Assembly (NCBI GenBank): GCA_031416315.1
Contig: JANOTL010000020.1
Span: forward strand, 1 to 52,422
Length of the DNA: 52,422 nt
Reading direction: 5' to 3'
DNA from: Pseudomonadota bacterium
Lineage (GTDB): Bacteria > Bdellovibrionota_B > Oligoflexia > Oligoflexales > CAIYRB01
Part shown: in pieces, positions 17,637 through 27,312 of the stretch
Numbering within the stretch: the first letter of the stretch is position 1
How the letters are laid out: the number at the start of each line of letters is the position of its first letter
Program-made: the position numbers and the translations under genes
Notes under the pieces: model-generated
The model's database searches: none
What the model saw: only the letters and a program-made list of their open reading frames with translations
What the model was told of the DNA's origin: nothing

Positions 17637-19130
17637 TTACTTCGCCTTCATCAGCAGTTGGTAGTTCCCGGTAGTGACTACCAAATCTCCTTCAGCGAGC
17701 CCGCGCGTGACGACAACGGTTCCTGGTTCCGCGGCGTCGCTCACGGTGACGGTTCTAGGCTCGAACGCCTCAGGGCCGGTCTTGACGAAAATGACGCGAT
17801 CACCGGCGCGATTCAGAACGGCGTCGGCGGGAACTGGAATGCCGTCCTCGACTGCTTTAAGGGCGAAGTTGATGCGTGCGAAGCTTCCGATGCGTAGACC
17901 AGCTGGAGTCTGCGCCAGCTCAAGCAGAATCTTGGCCGTGCGCGTCTCCTCGTTGATGGGAGTCGGCACGTTGACGATCTTGGCAGCAACGGCGTCAGCA
18001 GCTCCTTCGACGCTGACGACGATCGACTCCACGTCGGGCATCGACGAAAGCTGGCTCTGAAAGAGCTCGGCGTCGACCCATAGGACCGACGTATTCGTCA
18101 CCCTCAAGAGTTTCGCTCCGGCTTCCACCCGTGCCCCCTCGACGGCTTCGACCTCGAGAATCTGACCGTCGAGCGGCGACTCGACCGGTATGCTGTTGAC
18201 CGATTGAATCGTCAGGAGCGTCTCACCGCGTCGGACGCTGCGCCCCAAGAAGGCTGCGCGCAGACCACGGACGAACCCCGCCTGAGGGGCGGCGATGAAG
18301 GCGTCGTTCTGTGGCTTTGGGATGATGTGGCCGTACGCTTGTAACAGCCCAGGAAGCGACGCCTTTTTGGCTTCGACCGTTCTCAGTCCTAACAGCAGCT
18401 GTGACTTCTTCGACAAGGTGATTGTTGAGCCGGCAAGATCGCTGGCGCCGGTATCGCTTTCGCCTGCGTGCGAATGCTCCTCACCACCGTGGGCAAAAGC
18501 CGGTCCCTCAAAGGCCGACGTAGTGGTGACCGCAGCCAGCACCGCAATGACCGCGACCCCCCTTCCGCGCAAGCGAAGCACGAGAGTGGCTCCCGCTCCC
18601 AACAAAGCGCCTAGAAGCAGCCCCCCGAGGCCGAACCATCTTTCTCGCGTGTTTGATCGAGGCGCCGCGACGGCCGCGGCCGGCTTCGTGGCATCAGAAA
18701 CCGAGAGCGGCGCGGACAGCTCGATCGACTCCGAGGCTGCTCCAACCTGTATCGTGATGCTCTTAGGGAGCTTGGCGCCCTTTTCGAGCGTCGCCGAGTA
18801 GACGCCCTTTTGCGAGGACGCTGTGAAAGCTGCGCCGCCATCCGCCAGCGTTGCTACGGCACCCGTAACTGGGGCGTTCGTAACTCGGGTCGTCAAATAG
18901 AGGATTGCACCACCTTCGACGCTCGTTTCAATGGCCAGCTCGTACGCTTGACCACGACCGAGGTAATTTTCGGATGCGACCCCTTTCGGGAGCGGATCTT
19001 TTGCGGCGACTTCCTCGTGAACTTCGTCACCGTGACTGAATGCCGGGCCAGCATTGGCGACGAGCGCAGCTATGGTGAAGAGCCAAGCTCGAGCCAGGCG
19101 ACGAAGGTTAGACTTGTAGACCTTACCCAT
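17637..19130 (-). CDS. RND periplasmic adaptor (CzcB-like) with extra N-terminal domain
   Basis: Lipoyl-like VESPLDG, EETRT, VPADAV, GLAEGDLVVTTG; HGDEVH and HGGEEHSH; RBS GGAGG before 19130. Confidence 0.88.
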   Translation of the reverse strand: MGKVYKSNLRRLARAWLFTIAALVANAGPAFSHGDEVHEEVAAKDPLPKGVASENYLGRGQAYELAIETSVEGGAILYLTTRVTNAPVTGAVATLADGGAAFTASSQKGVYSATLEKGAKLPKSITIQVGAASESIELSAPLSVSDATKPAAAVAAPRSNTRERWFGLGGLLLGALLGAGATLVLRLRGRGVAVIAVLAAVTTTSAFEGPAFAHGGEEHSHAGESDTGASDLAGSTITLSKKSQLLLGLRTVEAKKASLPGLLQAYGHIIPKPQNDAFIAAPQAGFVRGLRAAFLGRSVRRGETLLTIQSVNSIPVESPLDGQILEVEAVEGARVEAGAKLLRVTNTSVLWVDAELFQSQLSSMPDVESIVVSVEGAADAVAAKIVNVPTPINEETRTAKILLELAQTPAGLRIGSFARINFALKAVEDGIPVPADAVLNRAGDRVIFVKTGPEAFEPRTVTVSDAAEPGTVVVTRGLAEGDLVVTTGNYQLLMKAK

Positions 19131-19180
19131 TAACCGAAGCCTCCAAGTGACGCGTGCAGCCCGACGGCCGGCACACCCCA

Positions 19181-20446
19181 CTACGTAGTGATGTCCACGA
19201 AAATGTAGCGCCGTTCGACGAGCGCCCCTTCGAATTCGGCGCGCTCACGAGCCGTCTCGACGCGTGCTTCAATGAGCTCCGAGAGAATCTCGAGAACCTC
19301 TGATACTTCAGCCTGGCCCTGGCGAAAAGCCTTCGACGTGCGTTGAAGACTCGCTTCCAAGCGGAGCGCCCTTTGCTCGGTCCGTTGTACGATCCCCAAG
19401 AGACGGGTTACATCAGCTTTCGCCTTGGCGATCTCACGCTCGAGACTTTTTCTGGCAAGCTCACGACGCGCGTCGAGAGCCGCCCTCTCTCCTGTCAGAG
19501 CAGCCGCCTCCGTGCGTGCCGCGGCGCCGGCGCCAAGCGGCAGCGCCACCTCGACTAGTAAGCTGGTTTCACCGCCCAGATCACCCCATGATCTACGAAC
19601 TCCCGCGCTCAGCTCTACTTCGCGACGGGAAAGCAGGACGTCACGCTCGACCGCAAAGGCCTCCTCTTGGAGTTTGAACGCCCGCATTCTGGCAACGCCG
19701 TCAATTTCCGTCGACGCCTCACTTCCGAATTCGTCCGCTAGGCCGGCGAAAGCGAGCGCACCGATTTTCGTCGAGAGCTCGAGCCCGGTGGCACTGCTGA
19801 GTTGCTCGACGTGAGCGCCATAGGCCAGGTGGCTCTGCTCGACATTGGTCGTTAGCTCGTCCAACAAGAGGCGCGCCTTCGTCGCAGGCAACAGCCCAAG
19901 GGTGCCTAGTTTCGCGGCTTGTGCCGCTTGGCTCGCGAGCCGCTCGACATCAGCACGCGCAGTCTCGAGAGCTTGGTGCACTGCAAGCTCCTTGCGTGCG
20001 GCAACATAGATGAGGACGACCTCGCGTTCTTGCTCGACGAGCTCGAAGGAGCGCTCTAAAACCTCAGCGTTTGCGAGCGCGGCGAAACGTCCCGAAGCGC
20101 GCGCTGGGTCGATTCCGACAGCAACGCTTTGGGCGAGACGCACGGTTGCCGAGCCGGGAAGCTGATTGTCGTCCGTCGAGCGGCGTGGGGACAGCTCCGC
20201 CTCGACCGCGATCTTCGGCGCTCCTGGAAATCGCTCGGACTGCCCGATGCTCCGGTTCGAGGCGATGGAGGACGCGGCGACCTTGTACGCAGACAGGTTG
20301 TTCTTACCTCGAAACGCCGAGACAACTCCCGCCACGTCGATTGGCTGTACAGTGTCCTGCTCATCATGGGCATTGGCGGAGGCGGCCCAACAGATTCCTA
20401 ATGCGATCGGAAGCAGGTCTTTAAACATGGACTGTCCTGGGCGCAT
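19181..20446 (-). CDS. TolC-family outer membrane factor (divergent)
   Basis: Signal peptide, long helical repeats, AFRQGQAEVSEVL; first gene of RND operon; start may be 20428. Confidence 0.75.
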   Translation of the reverse strand: MRPGQSMFKDLLPIALGICWAASANAHDEQDTVQPIDVAGVVSAFRGKNNLSAYKVAASSIASNRSIGQSERFPGAPKIAVEAELSPRRSTDDNQLPGSATVRLAQSVAVGIDPARASGRFAALANAEVLERSFELVEQEREVVLIYVAARKELAVHQALETARADVERLASQAAQAAKLGTLGLLPATKARLLLDELTTNVEQSHLAYGAHVEQLSSATGLELSTKIGALAFAGLADEFGSEASTEIDGVARMRAFKLQEEAFAVERDVLLSRREVELSAGVRRSWGDLGGETSLLVEVALPLGAGAAARTEAAALTGERAALDARRELARKSLEREIAKAKADVTRLLGIVQRTEQRALRLEASLQRTSKAFRQGQAEVSEVLEILSELIEARVETARERAEFEGALVERRYIFVDITT

Positions 20447-20493
20447 GGGTGAGCGGAGAGAATCGTCCAGTAGGACAGAAGCCGATCACCGAC

Positions 20494-20522
20494 TGATACT
20501 TGCCGTAGCCCAGCCTTGTGAC
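20494..20522 (-). promoter_or_regulatory. ECF-type promoter GTCACA-N17-GTA upstream of RND operon
   Basis: minus strand GTCACA-aggctgggctacggcaa-GTATCA. Confidence 0.65.
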
Positions 20523-20606
20523 GAGGGTCCCCCGACGGATATTTAACTAGATGAATTAACTAACAAATGTTTCGAGCTCTTTTGGCCGTCGCAACTTCCG
20601 CAACCG

Positions 20607-21803
20607 TCAACTCGCGGGGATTTTGACGTAAACGAGCCCGTTCGGCTTAGCACCGACCGGGACCGTTTTCTTCGGCGCTTTGGTCGCGACGTCGATGACG
20701 GTCAGCGTGCCTTCGCCCTGGTTGGTTACGAAAGCCGTCGCACCGTCTGCTGAGAAAACGAGCGCGTGCGCTCCTTTGCCGGCTTGAATCTCCGCCGCAA
20801 CGTCCGTCGAGCCAGCAGGATAGACAACAATCTTGCCCTCTTCGACGTTCGTCACCCATAGCTCGCCAGAGAGAGCGGTGGCCGCCATTCCGGGCGTAAA
20901 CCCAAGCGAGTAGGTTCGCACGACCAAGGCGGTTTTTGCGTCGATCGCCGAGATCGATTTGTCGGCCTCGTTGTCCACGTACATCAATCCGTCGCTGCCC
21001 TTCCAGGCACCGACCGGGGTTGAGCCGACCGCGACGGTGGCGACAGGTGCCTTCGTGGCGACGTCAAAAACGGAGACCGTCGCGTCACCACCATTCGCGA
21101 CGAACGCGCGCAAACCGTCGACACTGAAAGTCACTTCTGCGGGCATTTTCCCCACGGAGAGCGTCGATTTCGTGGCGAGTGTCGCGGCATCGAGCACGAG
21201 CACCGTTCCCGGCGTAGACATCTGCGCCGTCCAGATCTCCGTGCCATCAGGCGAAAATGCGGCGTTATGGTTTGGATGCTCGAGCTGCGCCGACACGATC
21301 GTCTTTCCCGTCGCAGCTTCGAGCACGATGACAGCGGGGCGGAGCGCGCCGGCGGCCCCATGACTCATCTCTTGCAATCCATGCCCTCCGCCATGCGGCG
21401 GAGCTGGTGGCGTCGCGACCGCAGGGGGGACACCCACCGGTGCCGGTGTAGTCGCGCCGTGGCCTCCACTGAAATCGGAACCAGGCGCAGCGATCGCGAT
21501 CGAGCGCCCTTCGAGGCTGAGCGCGACATGATGCGGGTAGGCCAGATTCTTGAGCTTGATGGTGGCCTTCGGCTCCAACGTCGCGACGTCGATCGCTGTC
21601 AAAGTCGTATCGCCGCCGTTCACGACGATCACGGCATCACCGAGCAACGGCGAAATTTCATCAGAGGACGGCAATCCCGGCGCCGCCGCCTCGTCGCCGT
21701 CGTGGTCCATTCCACCGCAGGAGAACACGGCCGTGCCGGCCGCGAGCGCCATTGCAACGACTGCAAGTGTGGTCGCCAACCAATTCCTTACGCCTGATTT
21801 CAT
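20607..21803 (-). CDS. YncE/YVTN-type beta-propeller lipoprotein, His-rich
   Basis: Repeats FSPDG/FVANGG/VG..P.G; PHH, GGHG, NHN, GAHA; RBS GAGGGGG. Confidence 0.85.
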   Translation of the reverse strand: MKSGVRNWLATTLAVVAMALAAGTAVFSCGGMDHDGDEAAAPGLPSSDEISPLLGDAVIVVNGGDTTLTAIDVATLEPKATIKLKNLAYPHHVALSLEGRSIAIAAPGSDFSGGHGATTPAPVGVPPAVATPPAPPHGGGHGLQEMSHGAAGALRPAVIVLEAATGKTIVSAQLEHPNHNAAFSPDGTEIWTAQMSTPGTVLVLDAATLATKSTLSVGKMPAEVTFSVDGLRAFVANGGDATVSVFDVATKAPVATVAVGSTPVGAWKGSDGLMYVDNEADKSISAIDAKTALVVRTYSLGFTPGMAATALSGELWVTNVEEGKIVVYPAGSTDVAAEIQAGKGAHALVFSADGATAFVTNQGEGTLTVIDVATKAPKKTVPVGAKPNGLVYVKIPAS

Positions 21804-22002
21804 CCGTAACCCCCTCTGAGGAACGTGGAAAGGCGATCCTAGGTGACAGTGCACACTAGCGCGAGACGAATGGCGATTCGTCGCATAGCGGAAGCGCTCG
21901 CCCAATTCACCGAAATCACTCCGAATCAGTTGAATTACTTAAGATTTTCCGGGTTCCGGCCGAGTCGAAGGTGTCCCGGCACGTCGGGGCGGAGGCTCGT
22001 TT

Positions 22003-24753
22003 ATGCGACTCATTGCACTCAAATCAGCACTACTCGTCTCAGTTCTAGTCGCGGGCTGCGGCAAATCCTCGAAGTCGGACGAACCGAAGGCAAAATCCAA
22101 GTCGCCCCCGGAAGTTTCGACCGATCCGTCTGCCTCTTCTCAGCCTTCTAGGGCTTTCGATCTCTACGTCGTGAATGGGGAGGACAGCTCCCTTTCTGTG
22201 GTCGACGGCAAGACCCTGGCAGTTGCCAAAACCATCTCGCTTAAGCCGTTTGCCTGGCCTCATCACATCCAAGTGAGCCCTGACCGTCGCCGCCTGGTCG
22301 TCGCCGCTCCAGGTATGGACCTCAGCGGAGGCCACGGTGGCGGGACGGACGGAATGCAAGGGAGCGTCATCGTCCTGAGCACGAATACCGGCGCCATCAT
22401 CACATCGCGGACGCTTCCTGCGATGAACCACAACGGGACGTTCTCTGCGAACGGCGAAGAGATCTGGACGAGCCTCATGACCGCGCCCGGCGCCGTACTG
22501 GCGCTCGCGGTCAGAGACTTGAGCACGGTTGGCAAAGTCTTCGTCGAGAATGGGACCGCGGAGGTCAGTTTTTCCCCCGATGGATTGACGGTCTTTGCGG
22601 CCAATGGCCTTTCCAACAGCGTGTCGGCGATCGACGCCGCGACGAAAGTCGTCAAGGCGACGATCCCCGTCGGAGAGGATCCGGTCGGCGCCTGGCGCGG
22701 AACCGACGGGCGCATGTACGTCGACAACGAGCACGGCAAGTCAGTGACCGTCATCGATCCAAACACCTTGGCAGTCGCGTTTACCTTCGACCTCGGATTC
22801 ACGCCTGGCATGGTCGCGGCGCTTCCCTCGAGCGAGATATGGGTCTCTGACGCGGACAATGGCAAAGTCGTATTCTTCGACGCGCAAGGCAAAAAAACTG
22901 GTGAGCTCGCGACCGGTGCAGGAGCTCATGCCATCGCTTTCTCGCCGGATCGAACGCTTGCCTTCGTCTCGAATCAGATGGCAGCGAGCGTGTCGGTCGT
23001 CGACGTTGCGAGCCACGCGCTTCTCAGAACGATTGCTGTAGGCAAGAAGCCTAACGGACTTGCTGTCGTCGACAAGGCCACTACCATCGCTGCCGACGAC
23101 CCCGTCGCGGCGGACGGCGCTCTCGAGCTCTTCGAAAGACTGCTCAAGCCCCTCCTCTCCGATACGACCCCGTCGAGCTGTAGCCAGTGTCATCTAGGTG
23201 GCGTCGAGTTGCGTCAGTTCGTTAAGCCGACGCAAGAAGAAACGTTTTTTTCGCTGGTCTCCGCGAAACTCATCGACGTCGCCGAGCCCGATCATTCCAA
23301 GATTCTCGAGTTCATTCTGATGGCGCCCGCAGGAGCGACCGTCGACACGAGCAATTTGCGAAAGAGGGAGCACGATGCGTTCAGCGCTTGGATCCGCGCC
23401 GCCGTCGCCGACCCGTCGCTACTCGCGACGCTCGAGCCCGCCTCCAAAGCCAAAACCTCCATCGAGCCGCCTACGTGTGTAATCCTGGCGTCGGTCAGCT
23501 CGGTGATCGCTGGCGAGAGCACGACGCTTACTCTGCAGACGACTGGAACGATCAGCGCTGCAAAAGTCGACGGCAAAGCGATTGGTAGCTTTGGATCCAC
23601 GATGACGATCTCTCCGTCCGAGTCCGCCACGATTTCGGGTGAAGTGACGGGACCTGGTGGATCCGCCAGTTGCAGCACGACGATTTCGGTGGTCGTGCCC
23701 CCGCCGGCTGCGCCAACGTGCACGCTGACCGTTTCGCCCGCGGCGATTCAGTCTGGAGAAACGGCGACCTTGACGCTATCGACCACCGGGAACGTAGCTT
23801 CTGCGGTCGTGGACGGTTCGACTCATGCCTCCATTCCCGTCGTCGTGACGGTCTCACCCGCGACATCGAAGTCCTTCGTTGCAACGGTCACTGGTCCCGG
23901 TGGTAGCAGCAGCTGTACCGCTGGACTGTCAGTCGACGGTGTTGCACCGCCCGCGCCGGTTCCTACCTGTGTTCTTTCCGCAAGTCCGAGTGCCATTGCG
24001 GCCGGTAGCTCCACGACGCTATCGGCCGTCGTCCAGGGCTCGCCCACCTCACTCGTAATCGACGGATCGGCGATCGATGTAGGGACGTCGACGAAACTGG
24101 TATCGCCTGCGAGTTCGGGAACACTTGCCGCTGCCGTAACCGGCCCCGGCGGCACCTCGGATTGTAGCGTCGCCGTCGTCGTGACGGCTCCGATGGCGGC
24201 CCCGACGTGTTCGCTGACTGCTTCGCCCTCGACGGTCACCGAAGGCAGCTCGACTTCTTTGACTCTCGTGGTTATCGGGCAGGCTTCAAATGCCTCAATT
24301 GCCGGAAGTGCCGTCTCTGTATCCGGGGGGACCAAAGACCTAACTCCGACCAGCTCCAGTCCATTCACCGGCACTGTGTCGGGGCCTGGAGGCAGCTCCA
24401 GCTGCAGCACGAATGTCACGGTGATCGCAGCCGTCGATCCGAACGCGACATTGCTCGAAAGTACCGGCGTCTGGGCTTCGCTCGAAGGTCAGTGCCAGAG
24501 TTGCCATTCCGACGGTGGCAGAAGTGTCGACCTTTGGCCTGGGGCGCCGCATTTCATCGTGCAGGGCGATCCGGCGGCGACCTTAGTTGGGATCGAAGCG
24601 CGGCCTGGCCTCATCAACGTTGGCGACCGCCTTTCGAGTACCTTGATCACCAAACCGGCCGTTCAAATTTTTCACGACGGCGGCAAAAAGTTCGACGTCA
24701 ACGATGCGACCTTCTTGAAGTACAAGGCGTTCCTAGAAGGTTACACGCCGTAA
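22003..24753 (+). CDS. Lipoprotein: beta-propeller + CxxCH domain + 4 Ig/PKD-like repeats + CxxCH domain
   Basis: LVAGC lipobox; propeller paralogous to 20607-21803; CSQCH and CQSCH; four PTC...GPGG..C repeats. Confidence 0.85.
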   Translation: MRLIALKSALLVSVLVAGCGKSSKSDEPKAKSKSPPEVSTDPSASSQPSRAFDLYVVNGEDSSLSVVDGKTLAVAKTISLKPFAWPHHIQVSPDRRRLVVAAPGMDLSGGHGGGTDGMQGSVIVLSTNTGAIITSRTLPAMNHNGTFSANGEEIWTSLMTAPGAVLALAVRDLSTVGKVFVENGTAEVSFSPDGLTVFAANGLSNSVSAIDAATKVVKATIPVGEDPVGAWRGTDGRMYVDNEHGKSVTVIDPNTLAVAFTFDLGFTPGMVAALPSSEIWVSDADNGKVVFFDAQGKKTGELATGAGAHAIAFSPDRTLAFVSNQMAASVSVVDVASHALLRTIAVGKKPNGLAVVDKATTIAADDPVAADGALELFERLLKPLLSDTTPSSCSQCHLGGVELRQFVKPTQEETFFSLVSAKLIDVAEPDHSKILEFILMAPAGATVDTSNLRKREHDAFSAWIRAAVADPSLLATLEPASKAKTSIEPPTCVILASVSSVIAGESTTLTLQTTGTISAAKVDGKAIGSFGSTMTISPSESATISGEVTGPGGSASCSTTISVVVPPPAAPTCTLTVSPAAIQSGETATLTLSTTGNVASAVVDGSTHASIPVVVTVSPATSKSFVATVTGPGGSSSCTAGLSVDGVAPPAPVPTCVLSASPSAIAAGSSTTLSAVVQGSPTSLVIDGSAIDVGTSTKLVSPASSGTLAAAVTGPGGTSDCSVAVVVTAPMAAPTCSLTASPSTVTEGSSTSLTLVVIGQASNASIAGSAVSVSGGTKDLTPTSSSPFTGTVSGPGGSSSCSTNVTVIAAVDPNATLLESTGVWASLEGQCQSCHSDGGRSVDLWPGAPHFIVQGDPAATLVGIEARPGLINVGDRLSSTLITKPAVQIFHDGGKKFDVNDATFLKYKAFLEGYTP
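23470..24426 (+). repeat. Four ~80-aa tandem Cys-bracketed beta repeats
   Basis: PTC.L..S.....GE/S..TL...V(T/S)GPGG...C consensus seen four times. Confidence 0.85.
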
Positions 24754-24866
24754 GTCGGTGGCCACACTGACCGGGCCAAAGCGGCGCATTGCGGATGGAT
24801 GGGACGAATGTCTACAACGAGCGCGTTGTTGCTCGCCTGTTGCATTCGTAACCGAAGGATCCGACG

Positions 24867-25304
24867 ATGTTGATGCGAAGTCTGTTGCTTGCCTCTGGAT
24901 TCACGTTCGCCCTATCGACGCAGGCCGTCGCGGACCACCGCGATGAAGTCCTCGAGGTCATCAGGGACGCCGATTTTCTCGCGGTAGCAAGCGAAGAGCT
25001 CGCCGAAGCGGCGACGACCCACCACACCGGCTTTTCATCCGCGGCGCTGCGCCTTCACTTCGTATCAGAAGGCTACTCGCGCCTCGTCAGCGAAACGGGC
25101 TTCACCGCCCGGGGCCGCGACACGCGCGACCATCGTGAGGAGACGGCGACATTCGAACAGGTAGAGAACGCATTCTTGGCCCTTGCGCGGCAGTGGAACG
25201 AGAATGCCGGGGACTTCTCTGCCGACGCGGCGCTGTTGGACTCCTACCTGCGCGTGAACGACGAGTATCGAGCGTTGCTCTTCAATGTTTACGACCTGGA
25301 TTGA
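24867..25304 (+). CDS. Exported helical protein with DHR motifs (paralog of 12982-13476)
   Basis: AVA|DHRDE, AALRLHF, RDHRE, C-terminal LLFNVY. Confidence 0.75.
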   Translation: MLMRSLLLASGFTFALSTQAVADHRDEVLEVIRDADFLAVASEELAEAATTHHTGFSSAALRLHFVSEGYSRLVSETGFTARGRDTRDHREETATFEQVENAFLALARQWNENAGDFSADAALLDSYLRVNDEYRALLFNVYDLD

Positions 25305-25390
25305 CGCGAGCCTCGCGCAGGATGCGCAAAAATGAGGCCCTCGTTCGAACGATCGAACGTGGGCCTCCATTCGGCCGTGATTCGAGAAGA

Positions 25391-25972
25391 TCAGTCCCCC
25401 GGCTCGTCGCTGGCGCCGTCGCCTCCGGGCTCATCGGTTCCGCCCCCGTCGTCGGTACCCGGCTCGTCCGAAACGCAAGGATCGCCCGGACCCTGCCAGA
25501 GACCTAGAATCCAGTTGCGCACGACCTCGAGCTCGTCGACCGTGAGGTGAGCCGTCGGGGCCGGCGGCATCTCGCCGTTGCTCATGATCGTGAAAAAGAA
25601 GCTCTGCTCTGGGCATCCGGGCCGCACGAGGTCCTTGCGCGCATGCCCCGTGCCACCGTCATGCGGGTGGCCGTCATCACGATGTCCGACGATCAGCTCT
25701 TCGACGTCGCGAAGATCGACGTGGCGGTTCGCGTCAGTGGCTTCGGAGTGGCAAGAGACGCATCGCTGATCGACGAGGTCGCGCTGCATGCTTTCCGTCG
25801 ATGCGGTGAGCGCAAACGGAGTGCTCGAACCAGGGTCAGGCTGCGGACTGCTCGGCTGTGGAGCCGGCTGGTGTGCATGCGGATCGGGATCCGGTGCGTC
25901 CTTTTTCCGTTCGCAACTGGTCGAGACCAAGGCGAACAGAGCCGCGGCCGATACGAGCGACACGATCTTCAC
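25391..25972 (-). CDS. Monoheme c-type cytochrome lipoprotein with His-rich insert and DEPG tail
   Basis: RBS GGAGGA + GTG; STSC lipobox; CVSCH, VRPGCPEQS, MPP, WI pattern; three DEPG repeats. Confidence 0.8.
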   Translation of the reverse strand: MKIVSLVSAAALFALVSTSCERKKDAPDPDPHAHQPAPQPSSPQPDPGSSTPFALTASTESMQRDLVDQRCVSCHSEATDANRHVDLRDVEELIVGHRDDGHPHDGGTGHARKDLVRPGCPEQSFFFTIMSNGEMPPAPTAHLTVDELEVVRNWILGLWQGPGDPCVSDEPGTDDGGGTDEPGGDGASDEPGD

Positions 25973-25990
25973 GAGATTTCCTCCGTCATG

Positions 25991-26007
25991 ATACCCGGGG
26001 GGAGTAT
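25991..26007. promoter_or_regulatory. CsoR/RcnR-type operator
   Basis: ATAC-CCGGGGGGA-GTAT just upstream of the cytochrome RBS. Confidence 0.75.
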
Positions 26008-26112
26008 ACCAAATTGTGGTCTTTCGCGAGCGGAATCGATCGCGTCGAAATTGCGCGGTAGGCATGCCCGGAACTTGCTTAGGATCGGGGGGCGACAGAA
26101 CAACAACGAGAA

Positions 26113-26232
26113 GCCTACGGTCGCGATCCGGAAATCAAGAAGATCGCTCAGGAGGTGATCGACGCTCAGCAGAAAGAGATCGCCACCTTCCGCGCCTGGT
26201 TGGCCAAAAACCCGAAGAAGCCCGCTCACTAG
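26113..26232 (+). pseudogene. DUF305/CopM-like C-terminal fragment
   Basis: Manual translation AYGRDPEIKKIAQEVIDAQQKEIATFRAWLAKNPKKPAH*; no convincing in-frame start seen. Confidence 0.7.
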
Positions 26233-26236
26233 CCGA

Positions 26237-27262
26237 TCACGGAGCCAAACCGATCAGAACGAACGCCGAAGAATCATCATAGCGATCGCGGACGCAGACA
26301 CCGGCTCTGACGTCTCGACCGCTGATTCTCCGGATGGCTTCGACGCCGCGCGCGCGGTCAGCGCTACAAGCACTGAACGAGCTGAACGTCGGCCCGCGAA
26401 CCTCGCCGAAACCCAGCCCGGAGCCTTCCCGCAAGAATGCAAAGTTCAAATGGAAGCCGCCAGAACCGCTCGCTTGCAGGCACGTCGCGATCAGTGGTTG
26501 GCCTCCGCGCATGGATGATAGCGCTTCCTGCGCAACCTGTAGCTCTTGACTACACTGCGAGACGTCGTCCACTTGTCCGTAGTAGTTCGGCGAGAACATC
26601 GAGATGCCGAGAAAGGCGCCGTAGTAGCTTATGAGCGCGTGCGGGCCCCAGGGCTCGCCTTCAATGATTGACGCGCCGTTGTCGGCGAAAACGGCGGCGA
26701 GGCGCTCCGCAGTCTCCACGTCGACCTCTCCTCGGAATTCGACGTCCTGCTGCCGGTACCGGCGGAGCGGCGTGCCGAATCCGTCGATTCGCAGCGAAAT
26801 GCCGCCGGCGGTACCCGGCTCGCAGTAGGCCGCGACGGCGTCCAAACCCGTCTCCGACTCGAAGCGCGCGACTTCTGCCGCCGCCGCCGAGAAGCACGTC
26901 GCATACTGATCGTAGCGTCCGAATAGCGCGCCGAGATCGAATATCTGCGCCGGCATGGTGTCGTCCTCGTCGGCATCCCAAAACCTGCCGCGCATCGCCG
27001 AGACTACCTGGACGGCGCGCTCGGCGATGTAGGTCAGCTCCAGCTTGCGCCCAGAAAAGCCATCTTCTGCGCAACTCGAGGCGTAGACGGAAAGCCCCGT
27101 TGCCGCCGCGAAACGCGCACCGAAAGCCGCGGCTTCCTGCTCACACGTCGCGCTCGTCGGCGGGACGACGCCCGTCGCGTAACGGAAAAATTCCTCCGCC
27201 GAAGCGCTCGACGCCATTAAGACGCCAACGAAGCAGAGTACCGAGTTTCTTACGATTGGCAT
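26237..27262 (-). CDS. Exported protein with four Cys-pair repeats
   Basis: Signal ASA|EE; C-x~23-C units with RF...TG / ISG core repeated four times. Confidence 0.75.
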   Translation of the reverse strand: MPIVRNSVLCFVGVLMASSASAEEFFRYATGVVPPTSATCEQEAAAFGARFAAATGLSVYASSCAEDGFSGRKLELTYIAERAVQVVSAMRGRFWDADEDDTMPAQIFDLGALFGRYDQYATCFSAAAAEVARFESETGLDAVAAYCEPGTAGGISLRIDGFGTPLRRYRQQDVEFRGEVDVETAERLAAVFADNGASIIEGEPWGPHALISYYGAFLGISMFSPNYYGQVDDVSQCSQELQVAQEALSSMRGGQPLIATCLQASGSGGFHLNFAFLREGSGLGFGEVRGPTFSSFSACSADRARGVEAIRRISGRDVRAGVCVRDRYDDSSAFVLIGLAP

Positions 27263-27312
27263 GGCGTCGGGCTCCTAGAGGAGTTTTCCCGAACCTACCC
27301 TGCACGGGCTCT

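Noticed and set aside
21820..21850. GTCACC...CGTT upstream of the propeller gene
   Set aside because: Fits none of the three promoter classes well
22003..23100. Nitrite reductase cd1 or NosZ assignment for the propeller-cytochrome fusion
   Set aside because: Domain order and motifs do not match, no CuA motif, no nir/nos accessory genes
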